Part shown: positions 52,295 through 64,000 of the stretch, one piece after another
How the letters are laid out: each line of letters starts with the position of its first letter
Position numbering within the stretch: position 1 is the stretch's first letter
Assembly: GCA_964016885.1 (NCBI GenBank)
Contig: OZ024759.1
Coordinates: 8,184,001 to 8,248,000 of the forward strand
Reading direction: 5' to 3'
Source: Eledone cirrhosa
Taxonomy: Eukaryota
DNA: 64,000 nucleotides
Notes under the pieces: generated by a model
What the model saw: the letters and a program-made list of their open reading frames with translations, nothing else
The model's database searches: none
What the model was told of the DNA's origin: nothing
Translations under genes and position numbers: made by a program

Positions 52295-52366
52295 CCAACG
52301 CCAACACCACCACCAGCAACAACAACAACACCACAACCACCACCACCACAACCACCACCACCACCA
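51750..52366. repeat. Imperfect (CAC/CAA)n trinucleotide tract
   Basis: Read directly from the sequence. Confidence 0.9.
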
Positions 52367-52372
52367 TATCTC

Positions 52373-53310
52373 TCTATATATATACAACAGAGGATGTCTG
52401 TCTGTGTAAATCCTTCAAACTCGAGAAGTACCCGACCGATTCTTTTCAAACTTTACACATGCGTTACTTATATTTCTTGAAGTGCAATGCGCTAAAAAAA
52501 GTTTTAACCTTTTCTGCCCTACGGGCCGCAGTAGGCGAAAAACCGCATTTTAAAGGCATTTTTAGACTCTTTTGAGGCGTAATTAGTTAGTCCCCTCGCA
52601 TTGCTGTGGACAAAAGAATTTCCGATTCCATTAATGGTTTCTAGGAAATTTACGAATTAGCATTGGGCATTACATGCCATTTTCATTTTTAATATAAACG
52701 CTACTTAAACATCGTAAGTAACGTATAGTATTTCGTTAAAAATTTGGTTTATTTAACAGAGGACACAACACTTAATTTTAAGCAGGACCATTTTCTGGGG
52801 ATTGAGGAAATGAGAAGGGCCTTAAAATTTTTGTCAGCGCCCTGTTGACGCTTAGTGCTTTCATCACGTACACATCCGGGCTCTGTGTACGTTGCCGTGT
52901 TATTGACACCGTAAAACTCATGTCTGTGCTATTTCTACTAAGACCCCTTTTGTTGCACCTACCCCGCAGTATGAACGCCCTGCACAAGGTGCTAATCCTG
53001 CAGTGGCCCCTTTTGTCGCACCTTTGTTGCTGTGTAAACGCAGTGCAGCCAGTGCCGCCCAGGGTTTGTGCTAATTGACCTATGACCCTCTTCTGCTGCA
53101 GCTGCGTTGCCACGGTGATTTCGCCATCTCAATATCCCTACTTAAACGTACATCCCTACTTGGTTTTCACACAATTGACTACGTCTCTCCTCAATCTTTC
53201 CCTGAGAATAAGGGAATTCAAAAAGTACACAGCTACATTCCTCAATCTTTGCATATGCGTGTTGCTATTTCACGTTTCCTACCCCGTGCAACGCCGGGTC
53301 TTGCTGTTAG
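52373..53310 (+). mobile_element. Non-autonomous Helitron
   Basis: The 5' end resembles 21328 (tctatatatata..gaggatgtctgtctgtgt). The 3' end is cccgtgcaacgccggg..gttag|t. Confidence 0.75.
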
Positions 53311-53389
53311 TATACATATATACATATACATATATATAAATGAAAAGTATAGAAATTATTGTGAGCAAGAAGCCAACAGTATTTCATAA

Positions 53390-54401
53390 TCTATATATAT
53401 AAAACTGTGGTTGTCTGTCTGTCTATCGATTTTTGGCACACATCTCCTCTTAGAATCTCTCACGGAATTGCACCGAAATTGCTATACTTGTACATTGAGC
53501 CCTAGCGAAGACATCGGAAAAAAAAAATTTCAAATTGACCCACCCTATGTGACGAAATCGAATATAATGTATCGATTTTTGAGCGTAAGTTATCAGTTAT
53601 TTCCCTTTGTTCTGTTTACATTGAGCGTCTTACATAAAAAATTACGCTGGCTTTCTCAGCGTTTAAAATGACATTAACACAATACACGAACAGTTGTTGT
53701 CGAGCCAGCAAAATATTGACCTGCAAAATTCATCAGTTCGAACACTAGGCTTCCGTTTTGCTTCATTTCCATTTAAAAGCATTTTAAAACAATATTTTTA
53801 CTTGAAAACAAGTCTATTTAAAGACTACGTAAAACAAGCAAATATTTCGTCGTTAGGCGTGCAGACAGACAGTCGTGCAGAGAGGTGATATACGCGTGCA
53901 GACAGATAGTCGTGCAGAGAGGTGATATAGGCGTGCAGACAGACAGTCGTGCAGAGAGGTGATATAGGCGTGCAGACAGACAGTCGTGCAGAGAGGTGAT
54001 ATAGGCGTGCAGACAGACAGTCGTGCAGAGAGGTGATATAGGCGTGCAGACAGACAGTCGTGCAGAGAGGTGATATAGGCGTGCAGACAGACATAATAAC
54101 TGATAATTTGGTTACGCTAATGTTTTTCTCTGCGTTGCAGTGTTTACATTTTCGATCTTTGTTAATAAATAACCAGTGCAGTTTCTATCCCCAGCATCCT
54201 CTTTTGTTATAACATTCGGGTTATCGTTATGTTTTCTTAACTTCATAAGGCATATTGTTGGTTGAGGGAATATTAATCAAAAACACCACATGCAAGTCTG
54301 CACAGTAGACACTACAGTTTTTAAGCCAAGAAAGAAACTTAACATTGTAACTTTAACACAGCTACTGAGCGACCCCGAGCAACGCCGGGCTTTGCTGCTA
54401 G
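53390..54401 (+). mobile_element. Non-autonomous Helitron containing a 37-bp tandem array (53856-54092, about 6 copies)
   Basis: A|TCtatatatataaaac at the 5' end and cccgagcaacgccggg..CTAG|T at the 3' end. Unit is ggcgtgcagacagacagtcgtgcagagaggtgatata. Confidence 0.8.
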
Positions 54402-54413
54402 TATATATATATA

Positions 54414-55603
54414 TCTGTATATATATAAAATTAAGTATGTGTGTGTGTGTCTGTGTGTCTGTGTATTACCTATAGGGGCCTACATCTTACGACCGATTTT
54501 CATGAAACTTTACAGTCTCATAGATTAGTCATCGGGGAGTGTTTTCTATATATCAGCGTATCGTTTTCTTATTCCGGGGTCAATCTGCAGATAAAAATCG
54601 ATAGGGGGGGATCATCCTATTTTTAGGTATCGAAAAATAAGATTTTTGGCTCTAGCACCCACATTTTACCACCGATTTCGTTCAAATTGTAAAGCAAAAT
54701 AGAATTTATCATTGCACATCCTGTAATAGCTTTATATTTTGCATTTGTTGTTCAGGGACGGCGTGGCAGCCGCTTAAATATTCAAAAATACCACTTTTAG
54801 ACTCAAATTTCCACTTTTGCGGCTCTATCTCCCACATTAATCAACCTACTTTGTTCAAACTTTACACTACGCTAGATCTGATTATTTCACGTCTTAAAGT
54901 GGCTTTACATTTTGGATTTTTTGTTCAGGAATGGCGTGGCAGCCGCTTAAATATTCGAAAATACCACCTTTTCGCTCAAATTTCCGCCTTTTCGGCTCTA
55001 GCCCCCACATTTTTCAACCGATTTCGTTCAAATTCGAAACTTCGGCTCCACCTCACACATAAATCAATTTATTTGGTTCAACGTTTATACTACGATAGAA
55101 CCTATCATTGCACATCTTATAGTAGCTTTACACTTTGCATTTTTTGTTCAGGAACGGCGACCTATCATTAGCTCCCACATTTTTCAACCGATTTCGTTCA
55201 AATTCGAAACTTCGGCTCCACCTCACACATAAATCAATTTATTTGGTTCAACTTCTATACTACGATAGAACCTATCATTGCACATCTTATAGATGGTCAA
55301 AGGCAAAACGATGGCCACTGACGTCGTCTGAGCTTTTAGTTGTGTATTTGAGAATTCATCGGTTTCCAATCAAGTAGCGTGAGCAAATTTGGCTTAGTGT
55401 TAAAGGTCATTACCTCCCTCCCCCAACATGCCCCTTCGTCAGTCACCCGCGTTTCTCAGTGATAGAGGTCATCACCACCCTCCCCCGCATGGCCTGTATG
55501 TGGCCATAGATGAGTCATCTAGAAGCAGTCGCTAAGATCAACACCTTTTCATCACAGCAGATATTATTTTACCTACCCAGGCAATGCTGGGTACTGCTGC
55601 TAG
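54414..55603 (+). mobile_element. Non-autonomous Helitron with internal duplications
   Basis: A|TCtgtatatatataaaa at the 5' end, then a tacccag-gcaatg-ctgggta hairpin and CTAG|T. About 55000-55120 is duplicated at 55170-55292. Confidence 0.78.
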
Positions 55604-56305
55604 TATATATATAACTAAACTAAAACCGGAACGAACAATGAAACATTTACAAATACCTATGTCTCTCTAAAGAGTTACCTCCCTAACACCCTACCTAATC
55701 CTTTTTCTTAAATAAATTAAATACCATCCACCATTTCTCTCCCACCCTGAATTACCTCCCCCTGCATATTAACTCTCTAAAAAGGGAAATCATATCAAAC
55801 CCCAGTCCACCATTTGCCTCCATCATGGATCAACTAAGCACCCTTGCTATATTAACATTTAGATCTGCTTATCTTCAAGAACTATGCCTGTAAATAACAT
55901 TATTTTTTCTTTCACATTGACTTATTATACTCCACATTACGCCCCTTTTTTTCTTTTTTCTTTTCACTTCATAAACCTTGTTTGTAAATAACATTATTCT
56001 TTCTGCACCATTTCTTTAACATGTCCAACACCACCATTCTACACCAATACATATTATTATCATTTGATAATGCATAAAAATGCTGAAACCGGTAATAGAC
56101 AATTATTAAATATATAAATAAATAAATGGCATTGTTAATTAATAAATAAATCAACTAATACCTCAACACTTCACACAAAGTAAAATATTTCGTTTTAATC
56201 ATTTTCTAACCCAGAAAAAAGAGAGAGAAAAATAAAAAGGAAAAAAAAACTATTTTTCTTCCTAATAATCGTCTTTTTCTCCCTGTTTTCATATATATAT
56301 ATATA

Positions 56306-58105
56306 TCATCATCATCATCATCACCATCTGACAGCCTAAGCCAAAATGGACTCAACAATTGATCTCCACGTGAGTCTGTTGTTCATTGCCATTGCCAAGT
56401 CCTGGGTTTCAATACCAGAATCTCTGGAGATGACATCGGGGTAGCAGAGCTTGCGCCTCTTGTTATTAGTGACTGCTTGTGATTTCCAAAGCACTAATGG
56501 GGACACAGCCCCATAGGTGGCACGATGACAGTGGCCAGCAAATCTTACTCTCCTCTTATGTACACCGACAGATATGCGTGGGAGGCCGGCATATATCTCT
56601 CTCTAAGTCACATGTCACCAGCTTATGTTCTGAATGTGCTGAAGCAGGGGAGTGTAGGTGCCATCAAGGTGCTTTTGTCGTTTGGATGAAAGCGTCCATG
56701 TTTCACTTCCATGTAGCAAGATTGGTTGAATTGTTACTTGGATGAGTCTGATCTTGGTGTGGTTGGAAAGATTTGAGCACCAAGCTCGATCCATCCTGTT
56801 GCAAGCTGACCATGCTTGGGCCTTTCTGGTGGCCAAATCCTTCCCAGACTCCATGATCCGGGACCCAAGATACTTGAAATCCTCCACTTGCTTAATATCA
56901 CTGCCATTAATTACTTTGATGTTGTTGCCTGTACAGTTTGATATGTATTCTGTTTTACCCTCGTTAAGATGAAGGCTAATGAGAGCGGCTGCTTCCTGGA
57001 GAGATGTCAAAAGTCGCTGCACATTTTCTATGAAATCTGCAACAAGTGCAATGTCAAGGTCGGTGAGATGTTTAGAGGGGTGCCTAGAGCTCATGCGGCG
57101 GTTGATGGTTTTACCTTTGTTATTGGTTTTGTCAACTGAGAGTCTCAGGACGTATTCCAGTGCAATAATAAAGAGAAATGGGGCTAGAGTGTCACCGTGC
57201 AGCACTCCTGCTGAGTTGTCAAAGAACTCTGTTGGGCCATCAGGGGTGATGACTGAGGCACTTGTGTTGAGATACAGGGCCTTAATTGCTTCCACAAGTC
57301 TTGATGGTATGCCATACAAGGGTAGAATTTCAAGCAGAATGTCTTTGTTGTTGATGCTCCCAAAATCTTTTCTAAAGTCAACAAAAACCAGAGCCATTTG
57401 TCTGTTGGAGTTTCTCATCTCCTCCACTATTCTTCTCAAGGCTAAAATCTGTGCAAGTGTAGATCTACCACGCCTAAAACTGTTTTGGTTGATGCGAAGG
57501 ATTGGATCAACATACGGAACTAGACAGTTGAGGATTAGCTTGTTGTAGACCGAGGCAGCAATGGACATAAGTGATATTCCTCGGTAGTTTGGGGGGATGA
57601 GAGGTCACCTTTTTGGGGGACAGGAACTATGCCTGCTTTTAGCCAACTTGTTGGAGGAGTTTTGTTGCTTAAGGTGTCGCTACAGATTGATAATAGGACT
57701 GAAGTAAGGTTTGGGTCTTTCCAAATTATACTGGGTATGTTGTCGAGACTGGGTGATTTTTTGTTTTCAAGTGTTTTGATCACCTGGTCGATCTCACTCA
57801 AGGTGAAAAGTCCAGTGGAGATGTTGAGTTCAGGTGATACCACAGACTTTGGGAGCTTGCCTTCTACAGGGGATGGTTCACCCAGTAGACCCTTGAAGTG
57901 GTCAGTCCAGCTCTTTTTCCTTGCTTCTTGAGAGCCTCCTTTGATGATGGGTGAAAGCTTCTCTTTTCTGCCAGTTATTCCGTTGATTAAAGCCCATGCA
58001 GTTGCGTGTTGTTTGTTTATATGAAGGGTCTAAAGTTTGTTTATTTTACCTTCTACCTACTCTGCAAGAGCAGTTGTGTCCGCCTCATCAAGGTCTTTTT
58101 TGCGT
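56306..58105 (-). mobile_element. 5'-truncated degraded RTE-group LINE (RT)
   Basis: KSPSLDNIP, QNSFRRGRST, FVDFRK, GVLHGDTLAP, FKYLGS and LLHGSETW are present. The catalytic ADD motif is deleted and there is a (GAT)n tail. Confidence 0.85.
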
Positions 58106-58994
58106 TGGGTCATTTCATTTGTCAGTAAACTAGTTGGATTTGAGTGGTGTTGGTGGGGATGGTGGCGGTGGCGGCGGTGGTGATGGTGGCGGTGGCGTTG
58201 GCGGTGAAGAAGAAGAAGAAGAAGAAGAAGAAGAAGAAGAAGAAGAAGAAGAAGAAGAAGAAGAAGAAGATCTGTCAAGAGATGTCACCTTTGAATATTT
58301 GCCAACAGTTGACAATGTCCTGGGGGTCACCTCCTGACCTCTAACAACTCCTTGTCAACATTTTCCAAATCATTTTAATGACACTGTTTTCGGCTGATCT
58401 TAACAATCATCTCTCTTTGTCTTCTATCTCCTGTGTCTCGCTTGTCTACCGCCCCCCTCCAAACACACATTTTGACCCCCAGAAATTATGTGTCTTTTAT
58501 GGACCTTAATGTGTCATTCTTATTATTCTAACACCCCTCCTACCCATTCTTTATTGCTTTGCCTTGTTTTTTTTTCTGTCTGAAGGCTTTAAACCCTTTC
58601 CTGGCCGTATTTTTAATGGAATGCTCCCTATTTAAAAAAAATAATTAATGAAGGATTTCGAATGGAATTACTGAAGTTATTAATTATTTGATTTCTAAGA
58701 TATTGCAGTCCTGTGGTTAGAATGTCTCAGGAAAGAATCGCTGGACAGATTTTTACGGGCAACAACTAACCGGAAGGAGATTCAGGGGTTGACCCCGAGC
58801 AAGATAGTTGGATAAGATCCATGAGCTTGGCTGGTCACGCTTGTGGATCTAGCTAGATCAGTTGGAGACAGTTGCTTCTGACAGGACCTGGTGGATGGAG
58901 GGTTTGAGGACTCGGCCCTCATGAGTTCTCTCAGAAATAAGTGGGAAAATAAGACAATATATATTATATATACAATATATCAACCCGCCAGACT

Positions 58995-59492
58995 CTTTCA
59001 AAAACGAAAGAGAAGCGGTTTTCCTCTGTACGGTGGCTATGGTGAAAGAAGTTATATGGTGGACGAGGTTGAGAGGACTGAGGACAGATGCCTTTCTCTC
59101 CGGACAACAATTGATTCCCTTCTTTAAGTATCACTTTAGAAGGAGAATCAGGGTGGAGAGAGAGGCACTGCACCCCAGTAAATTTACTGAAAGGTGGGTG
59201 AATGAAGCGAAAATGGCCCGAGTGATTGGGCCTTCTCTGTTTATAAGCCTGTAGGTTGAGGAAGAGAGCAAAAGGAAGAAAGGAGCACTTGCACAACACG
59301 CTCCTCGAGTTGAGGGTTGTTCTATCGACGGGGTATTAAACAACCCATTTGTGGCGCCTCCCCCCTATTGGGGATTTCGATTGTTGAAATTGTTTGTTTG
59401 TTTTTATATTTTTTACACGACTGTATGTAAAATCCCCGGCATGTCTTTGTATTGTCCCCTTTCTTGTTGCGCCCTTGTGGCTAATAAAGAAA
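58995..59492 (+). mobile_element. Probable L1/Tx1-like LINE 3' end
   Basis: ORF 59033-59254 reads K.VIWWTR..F..RW, a pattern typical of Tx1-type ORF2 C-termini. The T-rich UTR ends in aataaagaaat. Confidence 0.5.
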
Positions 59493-59654
59493 TCAATATA
59501 ACTGTTATACAACTTATATGATATAAGTTTGGTTGGTCCTGTTTAGAGATCAATTGAAGACTGTTGTTAGTATCAGGACTCACTGGAAGGAGGTTTGGAG
59601 GACTCCCACCAGTTTTTGAGTACTACTCACACACCAACTAATCAATCATGTTCC

Positions 59655-62600
59655 CGCCACTGGTAGAGTCAGTCGTTGGGGTGCCACTCTACATGTGCCA
59701 CTGGTAGAGCCAGTCGTTGGGGTGCCACTCTAGATGTGCCACTGGTACAGCCAGTCGTTGGGGTGCCACTCTACATGTGCCACTGGTACAGCCAGTCGTT
59801 GGGGTGCCACTCTACATGTGCCACTGGTACAGCCAGTCGTTGGGGTGCCACTCTACATGTGCCACTAGTACAGCCAGTCGTTGGGGTGCCACTCTAGATG
59901 TGCCACTGGTAGAGCCAGTCGTTGGGGTGCCACTCTACATGTGCCACTGGTACAGCCAGTCGTTGGGGTGCCACTCTACATGTGCCACTGGTACAGCCAG
60001 TCGTTGGGGTGCCACTCTACATGTGCCACTGGTAGAGCCAGTCGTTGGGGTGCCACTCTACATGTGCCACTGGTACAGCCAGTCGTTGGGGTGCCACTCT
60101 AGATGTGCCACTGGTACAGCCAGTCGTTGGGGTGCCACTCTAGATGTGCCACTGGTACAGCCAGTTGTTGTGGTGCCACTCTAGATGTGCCACTGGTACA
60201 GCCAGTCATTAAGGTGCCACTCTAGATGTGCCACTGGTAGAGCCAGTTGTTGTGGTGCCACTCTACATGTGCCACTGGTACAGCCAGTCGTTGGGGTGTC
60301 ACTCTACATGTGCCACTGGTAGAGTCAGTCGTTGGGGTGCCACTCTAGATGTGCCACTGGTAGAGCCAGTCGTTGGGGTGCCACTCTACATGTGCCACTG
60401 GTAGAGTCAGTCGTTGGGGTGCCACTCTACATGTGCCACTGGTAGAGTCAGTCGTTGAGGTGCCACTCTACATGTGCCACTGGTAGAGCCAGTCGTTGGG
60501 GTGCCACTCTAGATGTGCCACTGGTAGAGTCAGTCGTTGTGGTGCCACTCTAGATGTGCCACTGGTAGAGTCAGTCGTTGTGGTGCCACTCTAGATGTGC
60601 CACTGGTAGAGCCAGTCATTGGGGTGCCACTCTACATGTGCCACTGGTAGAGCCAGTCGTTGGGGTGCCACTCTAGATGTGCCACTGGTACAGCCAGTCG
60701 TTGGGGTGCCACTCTAGATGTGCCACTGGTAGAGTCAGTCGTTGTGGTGCCACTCTAGATGTGCCACTGGTAGAGTCAGTCGTTGTGGTGCCACTCTAGA
60801 TGTGCCACTGGTAGAGCCAGTCATTGGGGTGCCACTCTACATGTGCCACTGGTAGAGCCAGTCGTTGGGGTGCCACTCTAGATGTGCCACTGGTACAGCC
60901 AGTCGTTGGGGTGCCACTCTAGATGTGCCACTGGTAGAGTCAGTCGCTGGGGTGCCACTCTAGATGTGCCACTGGTAGAGCCAGTCGTTGGGGTGCCACT
61001 CTAGATGTGCCACTGGTACAGCCAGTCGTTGGGGTGCCACTCTAGATGTGCCACTGGTACAGCCAGTCGTTGGGGTGCCACTCTACATGTGCCACTGGTA
61101 GAGCCAGTCGTTGGGGTGCCACTCTACATGTGCCACTGGTAGAGCCAGTCGTTGGGGTGCCACTCTAGATGTGCCACTGGTAGAGCCAGTCGTTGGGGTG
61201 CCACTCTACATGTGCCACTGGTAGAGCCAGTCGTTGGGGTGCCACTCTACATGTGCCACTGGTAGAGTCAGTCGTTGGGGTGCCACTCTACATGTGTCAC
61301 TGGTAGAGCCAGTCGTTGGGGTGCCACTCTACATGTGCCACTGGTAGAGCCAGTCGTTGGGGTGCCACTCTAGATGTGCCACTGGTACAGCCAGTCATTG
61401 GGGTGCCACTCTAGATGTGCCACTGGTACAGCCAGTCACTGGGGTGCCACCCTAGATGTGCCACTGGTACAGCCAGTCATTGGGGTGTCACTCTAGATGT
61501 GCCACTGGTACAGCCAGTCATTGGGGTGCCACACTAGATGTGCCACTGGTACAACCAGTCATTGGGGTGTCACTCTAGATGTGCCACTGGTACAGCCAGT
61601 CATTGGGGTGCCACTCTACATGTGTCACTGGTACAGTCAGTCTTTGGGGTGCCACTCTAGATGTGCCACTGGTACAGCCAGTCGTTGGGATACCATTCTA
61701 GATGTGCCACTGGTAGAGCCAGTCGTTGGGGTGCCACTCTAGATATGGTACTGGTACAGTCAGTCATTGGGGTGCCCCTCTAGATGTGCAACTGGTACAG
61801 CCAGTCATTAAGGTGCCACTCTAGATGTGCCACTGGTACAGCCAGTCATTGGGGTGCCACTCTAGATGTGCCACTGGTACAGCCAGTTGTTGGGGTCCCA
61901 AACTAGATGTGCTACTGGTAGAGTCAGTCGTTGGGGTTCCACTCTACATGTGCCACTGGTAGTGTCAGTCGTTGGGGTGCCACTCTAGATGTGCCACTGG
62001 TACAGCCAGTCGTTGGGGTGCCACTCTACATGTGCCACTGGTAGAGTCAGTCGTTGGGGTGCCACTCTACATGTGCCACTGGTACAGTCAGTCGTTGGGG
62101 TGCCACTCTAGATGTGCCACTGGTAGAGCCAGTCGTTGGGGTGCCACTCTACATGTGCCACTGGTAGAGCCAGTCGTTGGGGTGCCACTCTACATGTGCC
62201 ACTGGTAGAGTCAGTCGTTGGGGTGCCACTCTAGATGTGCCACTGGTAGAGCCAGTCGTTGGGGTGCCACTCTACATGTGCCACTGGTAGCCCAGTCGTT
62301 GGGGTGCCATTCTAGATGTGCCACTGGTAGAGTCAGTCGCTGGGGTGCCACTCTAGATGTGCCACTGGTACAGCCAGTCGTTGGGGTGCCACTCTAGATG
62401 TGCCACTGGTAGAGTCAGTCGCTGGGGTGCCACTCTAGATGTGCCACTGGTAGAGCCAGTCGTTGGGGTGCCACTCTACATGAGCCACTGGTACAGCCAG
62501 TCATTGGGGTGCCACTCTACATGTGCCACTGGTAGAGCCAGTCGTTGGGGTGCCACTCTACATGTGCCATTGGTACAGCCAGTCGTTGGGGTGCCACTCT

Positions 62601-64000
62601 AGATGTGCCACTGGTAGAGCCAGTCGTTGGGGTGCCACTCTAGATGTGCCACTGGTAGAGCCAGTTGTTGGGGTTCCACTCTAGATGTGCCACTGGTAGA
62701 GTCAGTCGTTGGGGTGCCACTCTAGATGTGCCACTGGTAGAGTCAGTCGCTGGGGTGCCACTCTACATGTGCCACTGGTACAGCCAGTTGTTGGGGTGCC
62801 ACTCTAGATGTGTCACTGGTACAGCCAGTCGTTGGGGTGCCACTCTACATGTCCCACTGGTACAGCCAGTCGTTGGGGTGCCACTCTACATGTGCCACTG
62901 GTACAGCCAGTCGTTGGGGTACCACTCTAAATGTGCCACTGGTAGAGTCAGTCGTTGGGGTGCCACTCTACATGTGCCACTGGTACAGCCAGTCGCTGGG
63001 GTGCCACTCTAGATGTGCCACTGGTAGAGCCAGTCGTTAGGGTGCCACTCTACATGTGCCACTGGTACAGCCAGTCGTTGGGGTACCACTCTACATGTGC
63101 CACTGGTAGAGTCAGTCGTTGGGGTGCCACTCTACATGTGCCACTGGTAGAGTCAGTCGTTGGGGTGCCACTCAAGATGTGCCACTGGTAGAGTCAGTCG
63201 TTGGGGTCCCACACTAGATGTGCCACTGGTACAGCCTCTCGTTGGGGTGCCACTCTAGATGTGCCACTGGAACAGCCAGTCACTGGGGTGCCACTCTAGA
63301 TGTGCCAATGGTACAGCCAGTCGCTGGGGTGCCACTCTAGATGTGCCACTGGTACAGCCAGTCATTGGGGTGCCACTCTAGATGTTCCACTGGTAAAGTC
63401 AGTCGTTGGGGTTCCACTCTAGATGTGCCACTGGTACAGTCAGTCATTGGGGTGCCACTCTAGATGTTCCACTGGTAAAGTCAGTCGTTGGGGTTCCACT
63501 CTAGATGTGCCACTGGTACAGTCAGTCATTGGTGTGCCACACTAGATGTGCCACTGGTACAGCCAGTCACTGGGGTGCCACCCTAGATGTGCCACTGGTA
63601 CAGCCAGTCATTGGGGTGTCACTCTAGATGTGCCACTGGTACAGCCAGTCATTGGGGTACCACTCTAGATGTGCCACGGGTACAGCCAGTCATTGGGGTG
63701 TCACTCTAGATGTGCCACTGGTACAGCCAGTCATTGGGGTGCCACACTAGATGTGCCACTGGTACAGCCAGTCATTGGGGTGCCACCCTAGATGTGCCAC
63801 TGGTACAGCCAGTCATTGGCGTGCCACACTAGATGTGCCACTGGTACAGCCAGTCACTGGGGTGCCACCCTAGATGTGCCACTGGTACAGCCAGTCATTG
63901 GGGTGTCACTCTAGATGTGCCACTGGTACAGCCAGTCATTGGGGTGCCACACTAGATGTGCCACTGGTACAGCCAGTCATTGGGGTGTCACTCTAGATGT
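59655..64000. repeat. 41-bp tandem satellite, more than 100 copies, running off the window
   Basis: Unit gtgccactggta(g/c)ag(c/t)cagtcgttggggtgccactcta(c/g)at. Confidence 0.97.

Noticed and set aside
50243-52480. His/Thr/Pro-rich ORFs, and all YIYI, VCVC or HTHT ORFs in the window
   Set aside because: They are translations of microsatellites with no domain signal.
59655-64000. CRISPR-like array (also considered for the 45-bp and 61-bp arrays)
   Set aside because: Units are contiguous with no unique spacers, there are no cas genes, and the context is eukaryotic.

Overview
This is AT-rich, repeat-saturated animal genomic DNA; the tRNA-derived SINE families and (TA)n density suggest an octopus or other cephalopod (inference). 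The only host coding sequence I can find is the first coding exon of an L-type amino acid transporter (SLC7/LAT family, minus strand, 39560-39998). No second exon is visible in the 39.5 kb downstream. The rest is mobile DNA and repeats: RTE, R4/Dong-like, CR1/L2-like, Tx1-like and CRE-like LINE remnants, a Penelope-like GIY-YIG fragment, several SINE families, four non-autonomous Helitrons, a 2-kb non-coding LTR element with a tRNA-Trp primer site, and minisatellites grown out of transposon segments. The most striking signal is about nine unrelated type I hammerhead ribozyme motifs, several with atypical cores. Most sit in fold-back (inverted-repeat plus tail) inserts embedded in (TA)n tracts, and one sits in a 435-bp retrozyme-like tandem unit. 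Folds were read by eye and boundaries are approximate to a few bases.
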